Positions 38,121-49,226 of a stretch of DNA of 64,000 nt are shown piece after piece. Both the position numbers and the translations under genes were made by a program. The stretch comes from an uncultured Gammaproteobacteria bacterium (GTDB lineage: Bacteria; Pseudomonadota; Gammaproteobacteria; UBA9214), in NCBI GenBank assembly GCA_963748215.1, contig CAVVHS010000005.1, positions 160,001 through 224,000 of the forward strand. The letters run 5' to 3'. Within the stretch, counting starts at the first letter, position 1. The number at the start of each line of letters is the position of its first letter. The notes under the pieces are model-generated. The model made no database searches and had not been told where the DNA came from. It worked only from the letters and a program-made list of their open reading frames with translations.

Positions 38121-39095
38121 CTACTGGCCCAGCAGCTCGGCTTCCATGGAGAGGTAGACCTGGTAGGCGTTGCGCCGGTTGGCCTCTGCAAATGCCGGCA
38201 GGTCGCTGAATTCACTCCAGTCGATCCCGCGATAGGCCTCGTCGAACGGCACCAGCTCATTGACGGCCTGTCCCATCTGTTCGCGCAGGAACGCCAGGTA
38301 ACGCCGCGTCAGCCTGATGGCCTCGTTCGGCTTTTCCGCCACGCCACCATGCCCGGGTACCAGTGCGACCAGCTTCTCGCGCTCCATGCGTTCCAGTACC
38401 TGGACCCAGCGCCTGGTGTTGGCATCGCCGAGATACGGTACCCTGCCCTCGAAAATGATGTCGCCCGAAAACAGCACCCTGTCAGGTTCCACGTACAGGG
38501 TGAGGTCACCGTCGGAGTGGGCATTACCGACCACGGTCACGATGAAGTCAACATCCCCGAGCCGGAACCGTGTCCCCTCTTTCAACTGCTGGTTCGGCCG
38601 CACCAGCCGCGTCGCGCTGTTCACCCACGGATCCAGGGTGAAACGACGCTCCTCGAGGCGCTCCCTGGCAGCGGGCGAATCCAGGTACAGGTCGGCGCCC
38701 TCCGGCGCGATGATCTCGGCATCGAGATCGGAAAACACCTGCAGGCCGTAGATATGGTCGGCGTGGTAGTGGCTGACGATCACGCGCACGATGGGCTGGT
38801 CGGTAATCTCGCGGATCTTCTCCAGCAGCAGCTGCGCCAGCGCAGGCGTGCCCAGCGCGTCGAACACCACCACCCCGGCACCGGTTATCACCACGCCGGC
38901 GTTGGAAATAAAGCCCTGGTTATCGGTCGCCACCCCCGCGGCACCCTGCGCGAACCAGACATGCTCGGAAACCTGCCTGAGGTCCATCTCGACCGTCGCC
39001 GGCGGGTATCCCGCAGCGTCGTCGGGCGCGGCGGCCGGCAGTGAGAACGGGAAACACACCAGTGAAATTGCGAGAATACAGCTTAACAACCGCAT
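38121..39095 (-). CDS. Periplasmic MBL-fold metallo-hydrolase (SoxH-like)
   Basis: NQGFISNAG, SHYHADH, AHSDGD, FSGD, VPGHG; signal peptide from MRLLSC. Confidence 0.85.
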   Translation of the reverse strand: MRLLSCILAISLVCFPFSLPAAAPDDAAGYPPATVEMDLRQVSEHVWFAQGAAGVATDNQGFISNAGVVITGAGVVVFDALGTPALAQLLLEKIREITDQPIVRVIVSHYHADHIYGLQVFSDLDAEIIAPEGADLYLDSPAARERLEERRFTLDPWVNSATRLVRPNQQLKEGTRFRLGDVDFIVTVVGNAHSDGDLTLYVEPDRVLFSGDIIFEGRVPYLGDANTRRWVQVLERMEREKLVALVPGHGGVAEKPNEAIRLTRRYLAFLREQMGQAVNELVPFDEAYRGIDWSEFSDLPAFAEANRRNAYQVYLSMEAELLGQ

Positions 39096-39163
39096 GTTAT
39101 TACCTTGTTGAAGCATTCGGGAACGCGTTTCAACGATACTACTCCGGACCACTCCCGGCAAAT

Positions 39164-39625
39164 TTACGCGCGCCGCACGCGAAAAAATGCCTTGAGCAGC
39201 TCAGCGCACTGTGCCTCCAGCACCCCGCCCTTCGCTGTCACGCGGTGATTGAGGCCGGGCAGCTCGAAGCCGCGACACACACTGCTTACCGCGCCGCTTT
39301 TCGGGTCATGCGCACCGAACACCACGCGTGCCACCCGCGCGTGCACCATGGCGCCAACGCACATCAGGCACGGCTCCAGTGTCACGTACAGCGTGGTGTC
39401 GGGCAGCCGGTAATTGCGCAGCGCCAGGCCGGCCGCGCGCAGGCAGTCGATCTCCGCATGGGCGCTCGGGTCGTGCGCACCAATGGGCCGGTTGCGGCCG
39501 CTGGCAACACGTTCATCACCCGCGACCAGCACCGCCCCCACCGGCACCTCGCCCGCCCGTGCGGCACGTTCCGCGCACTCCAGCGCCTGCTGCATCCAGT
39601 GTTCGTCAGGGTGTTGTGTCATCAC
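39164..39625 (-). CDS. tadA: tRNA adenosine(34) deaminase
   Basis: GEVPVGA, AHAE, TLEPCLMC. Confidence 0.95.
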   Translation of the reverse strand: MMTQHPDEHWMQQALECAERAARAGEVPVGAVLVAGDERVASGRNRPIGAHDPSAHAEIDCLRAAGLALRNYRLPDTTLYVTLEPCLMCVGAMVHARVARVVFGAHDPKSGAVSSVCRGFELPGLNHRVTAKGGVLEAQCAELLKAFFRVRRA

Positions 39626-39857
39626 TGTGTGCAGATGGATTTAATCGGAACAGGTGAATAAGGGCAGCCCCTGATGGCACTGGTTCCCGGCGTGTGTGCT
39701 ATTCGTTTCCAGCTGGCCACAGGTTCACGGGCAGGCAACAGGCATTCAGTACGAAAATTCCGTGTTTTTCCGTGTGCTTCCTTGGCTATTCATTGACATA
39801 CAGTCAGGCAACGTGTCATCGAGAAAGAAATCGACACTCTTCCACGCTGCCACCGGA

Positions 39858-41438
39858 TCACTCCCACTCGATGGTGGCTGGCGGCTTGCCGGATATGTCG
39901 TAGGCAACACGCGAGATGTGCGGCACCTCGTTGATGATACGGCGCGACACCGTGTCGAGGAATTCATAGGGCAGGTGTGCCCAGCGCGCGGTCATGAAAT
40001 CGATGGTCTCGACAGCGCGCAGCGCCACTACCCAGGAATAGCGACGCCCGTCGCCGGTCACGCCGACCGAGCGCACCGGCAGGAATACGGTAAAGGCCTG
40101 GCTCACCGTGTCGTACAGGTCGTGCCGGCGCAGCTCCTCGATGAAGATGTGATCGGCAAGCCGCAGGGTGTCGGCGTATTCCTTCTTCACCTCGCCCAGG
40201 ATGCGCACCCCCAGCCCCGGGCCCGGGAACGGGTGACGGTAGACCATGTCGTAAGGCAGCCCGAGTTCGACGCCGAGCTTGCGCACCTCGTCCTTGAACA
40301 GTTCGCGCAGTGGCTCGAGCAGCTTCAGCTTCATGTCTTCCGGCAGGCCGCCGACGTTGTGGTGCGACTTGATCAGGTGCGCCTTGCCGGTCCTGGCACC
40401 GGCGGACTCGATCACGTCCGGGTAGATCGTGCCCTGCGCCAGCCACTGCGTGTCGCCGCTCAGCTTCGCGGCCTCCTCCTCGAACACCTCGATGAACAGG
40501 TTGCCGATGATCTTGCGCTTGCGTTCCGGGTCCTGCACGCCGTCCAGCGCGGCGAGGAAGCGCGCCTCGGCATCGACGCGGATGACGCGCACGCCCATGT
40601 GCTCGGCGAAGGTCGCCATCACCTGGTCACCCTCGCGATGGCGCAGCAGGCCGTTGTCGACGAACACACAGACCAGCTGCTCGCCGATTGCCTTGTGCAG
40701 CAGGGCCGCCACCACCGAGGAATCGACGCCGCCGGACAGGCCCAGCAAGACCTTGTCGCTGCCGACCTGCGCGCGGATATCGCGGATACTGCTCTCGACG
40801 ATATGGTCCGGCGTCCACAGCGCGTCACAGGCACAGATATCGATGACAAAACGCTGCAGGATGCGCCCACCCTGGCGGGTATGCGTTACTTCGGGGTGGA
40901 ACTGGATGCCGTAGTAACCGCGCGTATCATCGGCCATACCGGCAATGGGCGCGCTGTCGGTGCTGGCGTTCACCTTGAAACCGTCCGGCAACTGCATCAC
41001 ACGGTCGCCGTGACTCATCCACACGTCGAGCAGTCCGTAACCTTCGTCCGAGGTATGGTCCTCGATATCGGTCAGCAGTCGGGAATGTCCGCGGGCACGC
41101 ACCTGGGCATAGCCATATTCGTGATGGTCGGCATTTTCCACCTTGCCGCCGAGCTGCGCCGCCATGGTCTGCATGCCGTAGCAGATACCCAGCACCGGCA
41201 CACCGGACTCGAACACCACGGCCGGCGCGCGTGGCGAGGTGTCGGCGGTGACCGTCTCTGGCCCACCGGACAGGATGACGCCGCGCGCGCCGAACCCGGC
41301 GATTTCGTCCGGCTCCGCGTCCCAGGGAAATATCTCGCAGTACACGCCCAGTTCGCGCACGCGGCGCGCGATCAGCTGGGTGTACTGGGAACCGAAATCC
41401 AGGATCAGGATCCGGTGAGCATGGATGTTATCAGTCAT
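39858..41438 (-). CDS. guaA: GMP synthase (glutamine-hydrolysing)
   Basis: [33 protein letters not shown]. Confidence 0.98.
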   Translation of the reverse strand: MTDNIHAHRILILDFGSQYTQLIARRVRELGVYCEIFPWDAEPDEIAGFGARGVILSGGPETVTADTSPRAPAVVFESGVPVLGICYGMQTMAAQLGGKVENADHHEYGYAQVRARGHSRLLTDIEDHTSDEGYGLLDVWMSHGDRVMQLPDGFKVNASTDSAPIAGMADDTRGYYGIQFHPEVTHTRQGGRILQRFVIDICACDALWTPDHIVESSIRDIRAQVGSDKVLLGLSGGVDSSVVAALLHKAIGEQLVCVFVDNGLLRHREGDQVMATFAEHMGVRVIRVDAEARFLAALDGVQDPERKRKIIGNLFIEVFEEEAAKLSGDTQWLAQGTIYPDVIESAGARTGKAHLIKSHHNVGGLPEDMKLKLLEPLRELFKDEVRKLGVELGLPYDMVYRHPFPGPGLGVRILGEVKKEYADTLRLADHIFIEELRRHDLYDTVSQAFTVFLPVRSVGVTGDGRRYSWVVALRAVETIDFMTARWAHLPYEFLDTVSRRIINEVPHISRVAYDISGKPPATIEWE

Positions 41439-41456
41439 CAGGCAATTCCGGCAGCA

Positions 41457-41696
41457 AAGGGGTCAGTATCTATTTCCGCCTGCCAGGATCGCAATGCGGA
41501 CAACAATCGGGAAAAGGGTACTGACCCAAATGGTACTTGCATAGGCCAATATTTCTGTCATTCCGGACGGAACGAAGTGGTGATCCGGAATCCAGTTCGA
41601 TTAATTCCCGCACATTCTGGATTCCCGCCTTCGCGGGAATGAAGGCATACAAAGAAAATTTCTCTTAAGCAAGCGCCATCCGGTACTGACCCTTTT
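41457..41696. repeat. Nested inverted-repeat element between guaB and guaA
   Basis: Outer GGGGTCAGTA/TACTGACCC, middle GGTACTTGCATAG/TTAAGCAAGCGCC, inner GTCATTCCGG..GGAATCCAG / CTGGATTCCCGCCTTCGCGGGAATG. Confidence 0.7.
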
Positions 41697-41702
41697 TGGA
41701 CA

Positions 41703-43163
41703 TCAGGTATCCAGCCGGTAGTTCGGCGCTTCCTTGGTGATGGTCACATCATGCACGTGACTCTCGCGCATGCCGGCATTGGTCACGCGAATGAATTCCG
41801 GCCGGGTGCGCATCTCCTCGATACTGGCACAACCGGTATAGCCCATGCTGGAACGCAAGCCGCCCATCAGCTGATGCAGGATCGCGATCATCGAACCCTT
41901 GTACGGCACGCGACCCTCGATGCCTTCGGGAACCAGCTTGTCCGGCTCGCCGCCTTCCTGGAAGTAGCGGTCGCTGGAGCCTTCCTTCATCGCACCCAGC
42001 GAGCCCATGCCGCGGTAGGACTTGTAGGAACGTCCCTGGTACAGCTCCACCTCGCCCGGGGCCTCCTCGGTACCGGCCAACATGCTGCCGATCATCACCG
42101 ACCAGGCACCGGCGGCCAGCGCCTTGGCCAGATCACCGGAATAGCGGATGCCGCCGTCGGCGATCAGCGGGATGCCGTCTTTCTTCAGCTCCTCGGCCAC
42201 GTTCGCCACGGCGGTGATCTGCGGTACGCCGACCCCGGAAACGATGCGCGTGGTGCAGATGGAACCGGGACCGATACCGACCTTGACGCCGTCCGCGCCC
42301 GCCTCGACCAGCGCGCGTGCCGCCGCGGCGGTGGCGATGTTGCCGCCGATCACCTGCAGGTCCGGATAGTGCTGCTTGACCCAGCGCACGCGATCGAGCA
42401 CGCCCTGCGAATGACCGTGCGCGGTATCGACCACGACCACGTCGACCTCGGCCTCGACCAGCGCCGCGATACGCGCCTCGCTGTCACCGCCGGTGCCGAC
42501 CGCCGCACCGACGCGCAGGCGGCCGTACTCGTCCTTGCAGGCGTTCGGGAAGTCCGTGGACTTCTGGATGTCCTTCACCGTAATCATGCCGCGCAGCTTG
42601 AAGTCGTCGTTGATCACCAGCACGTTCTCGATGCGGTGCTTGTGCAGCAGGCCGATCACTTCTTCCTTGGCAGCCCCTTCCTGCACCGTCACCAGCTTCT
42701 CTTTCGGCGTCATGACGCTGGACACCGGCTTGTCGAGGTTGGTCTCGAAGCGGCGGTCGCGGCTGGTCACGATGCCCACCAGGTCATCGCCGTCGACCAC
42801 CGGCACGCCGGAGATGTTGTTGGCGCGGGTCAGCGCGATCACGTCGCGGATGCTGGTATCGGGCGAGACCGTGATCGGATCCTTGATCACGCCGCTCTCG
42901 AACTTCTTGACCGTGCGCACCTCGGCGGCCTGGCGCTCGATGGTCAGGTTCTTGTGGATGATGCCGATGCCGCCTTCCTGGGCCAGGGCGATGGCCAGGC
43001 GTGACTCGGTGACGGTATCCATGGCCGCCGACAGCAGCGGCATCTTCAGCCGTATCTCGCGGGTCAGCTGGCTTTGCAGACTGACATCGCGTGGCAGGAC
43101 GGTCGAATGCGCAGGCAGCAGCAGGACATCATCGAAGGTAAGGGCTTCCTGCACAATGCGCAT
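41703..43163 (-). CDS. guaB: IMP dehydrogenase
   Basis: [31 protein letters not shown]. Confidence 0.98.
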   Translation of the reverse strand: MRIVQEALTFDDVLLLPAHSTVLPRDVSLQSQLTREIRLKMPLLSAAMDTVTESRLAIALAQEGGIGIIHKNLTIERQAAEVRTVKKFESGVIKDPITVSPDTSIRDVIALTRANNISGVPVVDGDDLVGIVTSRDRRFETNLDKPVSSVMTPKEKLVTVQEGAAKEEVIGLLHKHRIENVLVINDDFKLRGMITVKDIQKSTDFPNACKDEYGRLRVGAAVGTGGDSEARIAALVEAEVDVVVVDTAHGHSQGVLDRVRWVKQHYPDLQVIGGNIATAAAARALVEAGADGVKVGIGPGSICTTRIVSGVGVPQITAVANVAEELKKDGIPLIADGGIRYSGDLAKALAAGAWSVMIGSMLAGTEEAPGEVELYQGRSYKSYRGMGSLGAMKEGSSDRYFQEGGEPDKLVPEGIEGRVPYKGSMIAILHQLMGGLRSSMGYTGCASIEEMRTRPEFIRVTNAGMRESHVHDVTITKEAPNYRLDT

Positions 43164-43321
43164 GGGAGTTCGGTTTCCGCGGGTGAATGATTGGGCGCCA
43201 ATTATAGGGACTGGGGCTGGTCCGGTAAACCGCGCCACCCGGCTTTCCGACCCGATTACCGCGAAATAAATCCGGCCTTTTGCCCCGCAAAACCGGCCGG
43301 TTTCGGGTATCCTTTCCGGTC

Positions 43322-44695
43322 ATGCCGGCCACGCCCACAGACCCGGACAACCCGCCCCCGGAACGCGACGTCTTCAGCGTGTCGCGCCTCAACCAGGCGG
43401 CGCGCACCCTGCTGGAACAGGGTTTCCCGCGCATCTGGATCGAGGGCGAGCTGTCCAATGTCTCGCGCCCCTCCTCCGGTCACCTGTATTTCACGCTCAA
43501 GGACAGCCAGGCCCAGGTGCGTGGCGCCATGTTCCGCAACCGCAACCAGCTGCTGCGCTTCCGCCCCACGGAAGGCATGCAGGTGCTGGTGCGGGCGAAA
43601 ATCAGCCTCTACGAGCCGCGCGGCGACTACCAGCTCATCGCCGAATCCATGCAGGAGGCCGGCGATGGCGTGCTGCAACGCGCCTTCGAGGCATTGAAGC
43701 GCAAACTGGACAGCGAGGGCCTGTTCGACCCGGCGGGCAAACGGGAACTGCCGCCGCTGCCGCGGCGCATCGGCGTGATCACCTCGCCGACCGGTGCCGC
43801 GCTGCGCGACGTGCTGAGCGTGCTGCGGCGGCGCTTTCCGGCCATCCCGGTGCTGGTCTACCCGGTGCCGGTACAGGGCAAGGACGCCGGCCGGAAGATC
43901 GCCGCCATGCTGCATACAGCCGACACCCGCAACGAGTGCGACGTGCTGATCCTGACCCGCGGCGGCGGCTCGCTGGAGGACCTGTGGGCGTTCAACGAGG
44001 AAATCGTGGCGCGCGCCATCCATGCCTGCCGCATCCCGCTGGTCAGCGCCGTCGGTCACGAGGTCGATTTCACCATTGCCGACTTCGTGGCCGACCGCCG
44101 CGCCCCGACCCCGTCGGCGGCGGCCGAGCTGGCCAGTCCGGACCAGGCGGACTGGCTGGCGCAGCTCACCACTCTGCAAACCCGCCTCACCCGGCGCCTG
44201 CAGCAGCGGCTCACGCAGGATCGCCAGCGCCTGGGCTGGCTGGAGCAGCGCTTGGCCCGGTGTCACCCGGGCCAGTTCCTGCGCCAGCGCGCCCAGCGCC
44301 TGGACGAACTGGAGAACCGCAGCCGGCTTGCCATGCGTTCATATTTCAATAACCTGCATGCTTCTCTTCACATGCTACATGCGAAATTGCAGCAACTCAC
44401 CCCGCAGCATCGCATCCATCGCACCGAACTGCAGCGCCAGGCCATTGACTCGCGGCTGCGCACGGCCATGAACACCCTGCTTGCGACACGGCAACGGCGC
44501 CTGGCACTGGCCTGCAAGGCACTGGACACCGTCAGCCCGCTGGCCACGCTGGAACGCGGCTATGCCATCGTCAGCCGTGCCGGTGAACGCGAGATCCTGC
44601 GCCAGGCATCGGCCGTCAAACCGGGCGAACAGGTCGCCGCACGCCTCGCGCAGGGCACGCTGCTGTGCACAGTCGACGATGTCGGCACGGACTAG
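43322..44695 (+). CDS. xseA: Exodeoxyribonuclease VII large subunit
   Basis: SGHLYFTLKD, RGGGSLEDLW, GHEVD, TPSAAAE, LERGYA. Confidence 0.97.
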   Translation: MPATPTDPDNPPPERDVFSVSRLNQAARTLLEQGFPRIWIEGELSNVSRPSSGHLYFTLKDSQAQVRGAMFRNRNQLLRFRPTEGMQVLVRAKISLYEPRGDYQLIAESMQEAGDGVLQRAFEALKRKLDSEGLFDPAGKRELPPLPRRIGVITSPTGAALRDVLSVLRRRFPAIPVLVYPVPVQGKDAGRKIAAMLHTADTRNECDVLILTRGGGSLEDLWAFNEEIVARAIHACRIPLVSAVGHEVDFTIADFVADRRAPTPSAAAELASPDQADWLAQLTTLQTRLTRRLQQRLTQDRQRLGWLEQRLARCHPGQFLRQRAQRLDELENRSRLAMRSYFNNLHASLHMLHAKLQQLTPQHRIHRTELQRQAIDSRLRTAMNTLLATRQRRLALACKALDTVSPLATLERGYAIVSRAGEREILRQASAVKPGEQVAARLAQGTLLCTVDDVGTD

Positions 44696-44936
44696 CCCGC
44701 ATTACTCACCGGGCGGCCGTTGACGGACATAATGAATTGAAATCATGAGAATGATGCCCATTCTCCAACAAACAGTGTGTCATCGGGCGGTGCCTATCCC
44801 GGTGAGAAATGCGGACTAGCCGCTTGGCGGCATCCGCCGAACACGGTAGATTGATACACAGCGCGTCACGCCCCGTACATCCGTACGACTGCGCCGGCGA
44901 CGACTTCCAATGCAAATCAACAGGACTCGACCGACC

Positions 44937-45791
44937 ATGCTGAAACACCGCCTTTTCGCCCTGTGTCTCTGTTTGGGCTGTGCAGGCAGCGCTTCCGCCC
45001 TGCCACTCGATACCACGCCCGTACCCGGCGGCATTGCCGTCATTCGTCTGCCTGAAGGCGTCGACGCCGGCACGCTCCGCTACAACGGCCGCAAGGTGCT
45101 GGTCACGCAACAGGGCGATGCCGACTATGCCGTGATCGGGCTGTCACTCGGGACGAAACCCGGTCGCTATCAGCTGCAGGGCAAGACGGCGGCGGGCAAG
45201 CCTCTCAGCCTCGCATTCAGCGTCGAGGCCAAGCAGTACGAGGAACAGCGCATCACCATCAAGGACAAACGCAAGGTCAACCCGGAACAACGTGACCTGA
45301 AACGGATCGGCCGCGAGAAGCAACAGATCGATGCGGCACTGGAACACTGGTCCGACCGGGACCGGGTTGTCACCGATTTCCAGCTGCCCGTCGAGGGTCC
45401 GACCAGCAGCCCGTTCGGCCTGCGTCGCTTCTTCAATGACCAGCCGCGCAACCCGCACAGCGGCCTGGACATCGCCGCCGACGAGGGCACAGCCATCCGC
45501 GCACCCGCTCCCGGCACTGTCATCGAAACGGGCGATTTCTTCTTCAACGGCAACACCGTGCTGATCGACCACGGCCAGGGCCTGGTCACCATGTACTGCC
45601 ACATGAGCGCCATCGATGTGCAACCCGGCACCATCGTCGCGACCGGTGACGTGATCGGCAAGGTCGGCATGACGGGCCGCGTAACCGGTCCGCACCTGCA
45701 CTGGGGCGTCAGCCTGAACGATGCCAGGATCGACCCGACCCTGCTCCTGCCGGCTGTACGCGAGACGGCAGTAGAACCACATAAGCACTGA
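44937..45791 (+). CDS. M23 family metallopeptidase
   Basis: HSGLD, DHGQG, TGPHLHW. Confidence 0.93.
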   Translation: MLKHRLFALCLCLGCAGSASALPLDTTPVPGGIAVIRLPEGVDAGTLRYNGRKVLVTQQGDADYAVIGLSLGTKPGRYQLQGKTAAGKPLSLAFSVEAKQYEEQRITIKDKRKVNPEQRDLKRIGREKQQIDAALEHWSDRDRVVTDFQLPVEGPTSSPFGLRRFFNDQPRNPHSGLDIAADEGTAIRAPAPGTVIETGDFFFNGNTVLIDHGQGLVTMYCHMSAIDVQPGTIVATGDVIGKVGMTGRVTGPHLHWGVSLNDARIDPTLLLPAVRETAVEPHKH

Positions 45792-45883
45792 TTACGCCTG
45801 TATATTCACAGTTGCCAGCGCAGCCTGTTCTGGCAGCGTCCTGAACTGCAGTACGTATTGTGTATTCAACATGCGTTTATAAA

Positions 45884-45936
45884 TGGCCACGGAAGCACAC
45901 GGGGCAAACAAATCCATTCAATGGATTCCGTGGCCA
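45884..45936. repeat. Minimal CACGGAA-type inverted repeat element
   Basis: TGGCCACGGAAGCACACGG...TTCCGTGGCCA. Confidence 0.6.
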
Positions 45937-46068
45937 TGATGTCAGTTATGGGATAAAGCAGCGCAAGCGGCATACCCCCCAACTTGACGACGATCAAGTG
46001 ACTTCAACGGGCGCAAGCTTAAGCTTGTGTATCAGGCACATGATCATGATTATCAGCATACCCGCAGT

Positions 46069-46731
46069 ATGAAACGCTACAGACTCACGGTTCTGGTGCT
46101 GGCCGCACTGCTGGTGCTGCTGACAGGCAGCGGCAATGCAGCCGAGCCCTGCGCGCCCTTCGAGGGTGGTCGTGTCGACGCGAAACTGCTGGAGGAAATG
46201 CGCAAGGCCGCACACGACGGTCGCCTGTACCGCGTGCTGCCCGGCAATTCGAAGGTCGGCTTCTGCGTACGCTATTTCCCGTTCCAGGAATTCCGCGGTG
46301 AGTTCACCAATCTCGTCGGAGGTCTGACCCTGCCACCGGACATGAAGCAGCATGGCCAGGCACTGTTGCTGATCCACACCACCGGCATGGAATCCAGCAA
46401 CCCGGATCTCGACCCGCTGGTAGAGGGTCACGAGTTCATGGACATCGAGCGCTATCCCGAAATCCTGTTCGTGGGCCGGGCCTTCCAGTGGTACAACCCG
46501 CTGCAGGCCTACATCTACGGCGACCTGACCCTGCGCGGCATCACGCAGCCGGTGGTGTTCGATATCGAGGTAGACGTGCTCGAACGGGACGAGAACGAAC
46601 GGCCGGAAAACATTTTCCTGCGCGGCACCACCCAGGTAGACCGCACGGAATTCGACATGCGCACCCACCAGATCATGATCAGCCAGACCGTGAAGCTATG
46701 CCTGTCCGTCGAACTGACGCGCTGGGAGTAG
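46069..46731 (+). CDS. YceI family protein (paralogue of 32217-32906)
   Basis: YPEILF, GDLTLRGITQPV, DRTEFDM; shared CAPF, VGFCV and LC.SV motifs. Confidence 0.9.
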   Translation: MKRYRLTVLVLAALLVLLTGSGNAAEPCAPFEGGRVDAKLLEEMRKAAHDGRLYRVLPGNSKVGFCVRYFPFQEFRGEFTNLVGGLTLPPDMKQHGQALLLIHTTGMESSNPDLDPLVEGHEFMDIERYPEILFVGRAFQWYNPLQAYIYGDLTLRGITQPVVFDIEVDVLERDENERPENIFLRGTTQVDRTEFDMRTHQIMISQTVKLCLSVELTRWE

Positions 46732-46753
46732 CCGGCAATGCTGTCCTGATCTA

Positions 46754-47017
46754 GGGCCTGTTCACACTACCCGAATCGTAGCGACGGAGGCCATTTTTTC
46801 GGCCAACAAGGCGCTGCAAGCGCAGTGTACTGAAGTACATAAGCGAGCAGCAACGCCGTTGGACGGGAAAATAGCCCCGTCCCTCCGGGTTGCGCCCCAA
46901 ATCGGGTCATGCTGCGTTGCTCGTCGTTCATTTGGAATCACCAAACTTCTCTCCTCGCGCCTTGCCTGACCCGATTTGGGGCAGCAACGCTACGATTCGG
47001 GTAGTGTGAACAGGCCC
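46754..47017. mobile_element. 264-bp MITE with 30-bp perfect TIRs
   Basis: GGGCCTGTTCACACTACCCGAATCGTAGCG ... CGCTACGATTCGGGTAGTGTGAACAGGCCC, flanked by TA in CTAG context; no ORF. Confidence 0.9.
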
Positions 47018-47028
47018 TAGGATAAATC

Positions 47029-47570
47029 GCCACGGAAACCACGGAAGACTGCTGTGCCCTGCCGGCACCGAGGCAGGACGACGTGAGACGTGAGACGTGA
47101 AGCATGCGCGATAATGGCCACGGAACCACACGGAAATACACGGAAGAACACGAAAAAATAACAACGGGGGAACCTGACGCGTGTCGTCATTCCAGGCGCA
47201 GCGCAGGCCCGAATAACTGATGATGTATACCTGTAACCGGATGATTCGCTGTATCCGGGACGTCTTCAGCGATTTATGTTGTCATTGCGTTTCGCCCCCT
47301 GTAATGACGACACCTCTGTGATTCCTTGAATTTATCTTTCTGTGTGATTCTGTGTGGTTCCGTGGCTATTTTTATGTTCACGTCTCACGTCTCACGCAAT
47401 GGTGCGTAAAACGCACCCTACGCCTTACCCTGCATTTGTTATCTTTCCGTGTCCTTCCGTGGATTCCGTGGCCATTATTTTTCGCAGGGTCCGCTCTGTG
47501 CGCATTTCATGGTGCGTAAAACGCACCCTACGCCTTACCCTGCATTTTTTTCCGTGTTCTTCAGTGGGCA
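47029..47570. repeat. Composite field of CACGGAA, TCACGTC and GGTGCGTAAAACGCACCCTAC repeats
   Basis: Concentric inverted pairs plus two REP copies in tandem. Confidence 0.85.
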
Positions 47571-47580
47571 ATTCCTGCAC

Positions 47581-48666
47581 TCAGCCGCCGAGGTGCACTG
47601 GAATGCGGCGCTGCCCGAAGGCGCCCTCGTATTTGCCGAAGTGCCCGGCGATCGCCGTACCGCACTCCGGGCAGTGTCCGTCCTCCGTCACGCGATAGTC
47701 CAGGATCTGGTGCCAGTCACGCACGATCAGCGGCTGCTGACAGCCCGGGCAGAACGTGGTGCCGCCGTCGCGGTCATGCACGTTGCCGGTATAGACGTAG
47801 TTGATCCCTTCGGCCTGAGCGATGCGCCGCGCGCGGCTCAGCGTCGCCGGCGGCGTCGCGGGCACATCCCGCATGCGGAAATCCGGGTGGAAGGCGGTGA
47901 AATGCAGCGGCACATCCGGTCCCAGCTCGTGCATGATCCATTGACACATGCGCCGGATCTCGTCGTCCGAGTCGTTGTGGCCCGGGATCAGCAGCGTGGT
48001 GATCTCCGTCCAGACCTGGGTTTCGTGGCACAGGTAAACCAGTGTGTCGAGCACCGGCTGCAGGTGCGCGCCGGTCAGTTTGTAGTAAAACACCTCGGTA
48101 AACGCCTTGAGATCCACGTTGACGGCATCCATGACGGCATAGAACTCGCGCCGCGGTTCGGCATGGATATAACCGGCCGTGACCGCGACGGTCTGGATGC
48201 CGAGCGCATGACAGGCCTGGGCCGTGTCGATCGCATACTCGGCGAAGATCACCGGATCGTTGTAGGTGAAGGCAACGCTCTTGCAGCCCGAATCCTGCGC
48301 CGCCCGCGCAATCGCCTTCGGGCTGGCCTGGTCCATCAGCCGGTCCATGTCCTTCGACTTGCTGATATCCCAGTTCTGGCAGAACTTGCAGGCCAGGTTG
48401 CAGCCGGCCGTGCCGAACGACAGCACGGAGGATCCCGGGTAGAAATGGTTGAGCGGCTTTTTCTCGACGGGATCGATGCAGAAACCCGATGAGCGTCCGT
48501 AGGTGGTGAGCACCATGCGGTCCGCTTCGCGCATGCGCACGAAACACGCACCCCGCTGGCCTTCATGCAGCTTGCAGTCGCGCGGGCACAGGTCGCACTG
48601 GATGCGGCCATCCGGCAGCGGGTGCCACCAGCGCGCGGGATGCAGGGTCGTGCCGGTCGTGTTCAT
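47581..48666 (-). CDS. amrS: AmmeMemoRadiSam radical SAM enzyme
   Basis: CDLCPRDC, IDPVEKKPL, GCNLACKFCQNW. Confidence 0.93.
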   Translation of the reverse strand: MNTTGTTLHPARWWHPLPDGRIQCDLCPRDCKLHEGQRGACFVRMREADRMVLTTYGRSSGFCIDPVEKKPLNHFYPGSSVLSFGTAGCNLACKFCQNWDISKSKDMDRLMDQASPKAIARAAQDSGCKSVAFTYNDPVIFAEYAIDTAQACHALGIQTVAVTAGYIHAEPRREFYAVMDAVNVDLKAFTEVFYYKLTGAHLQPVLDTLVYLCHETQVWTEITTLLIPGHNDSDDEIRRMCQWIMHELGPDVPLHFTAFHPDFRMRDVPATPPATLSRARRIAQAEGINYVYTGNVHDRDGGTTFCPGCQQPLIVRDWHQILDYRVTEDGHCPECGTAIAGHFGKYEGAFGQRRIPVHLGG

Positions 48667-49226
48667 GTGCGTTCAGCCTCTTGCCACTTGCTCACGGTAT
48701 AACGTTCCAGGCGGATATCCTCGTCCCAGAAGTCGCCGGGCAGTCCGGCCTTGCGTTTGAGCTGAAGCAGAAAATCCTCCGGCCGCGGCAGCGATTCCCA
48801 CACCTGCGGCAGGAAGGTGCCGCGTGCCTGGCCAAGGCGCAGCACCACGCCGTCGATGCCGGGACGCAACTGCGCAATCGCGTCCGCCTCGGATTCGACG
48901 TCCATGCCCTCTGCGGCCGACAGCAGCGACACCTCGATGCGCGTCCGCGGCAATTCCACCGCCTGCAGCGGCGGGAAACGCGGATCGTGCAGCGCCGCGG
49001 CGACGGCATTGGCACGCACGTCCTCCAGCAGCGGGCGCTGCGCCACGAGGCTGCCGATGCAGCCCCGCAGGCCGCCCTGTTGCGTCAGCGTGACGAAACT
49101 TGCGCCGGGCTCCTGCAGCCAGTCCTGCAGGTCATGACCGACACCCGCCGATCCCAGTCGCTGCGCGATGGCGTCGCGTGCCACGGCCAGCAGGATCGCA
49201 CCCTGCGCGTCAGGCAGCCTGTTCAC
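48663..49226 (-). CDS. amrA: AMMECR1-domain protein
   Basis: LRGCIG, DPRFPP, TFLPQVW. Confidence 0.93.
   Translation of the reverse strand: MNRLPDAQGAILLAVARDAIAQRLGSAGVGHDLQDWLQEPGASFVTLTQQGGLRGCIGSLVAQRPLLEDVRANAVAAALHDPRFPPLQAVELPRTRIEVSLLSAAEGMDVESEADAIAQLRPGIDGVVLRLGQARGTFLPQVWESLPRPEDFLLQLKRKAGLPGDFWDEDIRLERYTVSKWQEAERT

Noticed and set aside
39696-41642. 648-aa plus-strand ORF and similar long antisense ORFs over guaB, RND, metA and degS
   Set aside because: Shadow frames of high-GC genes; no recognisable motifs.
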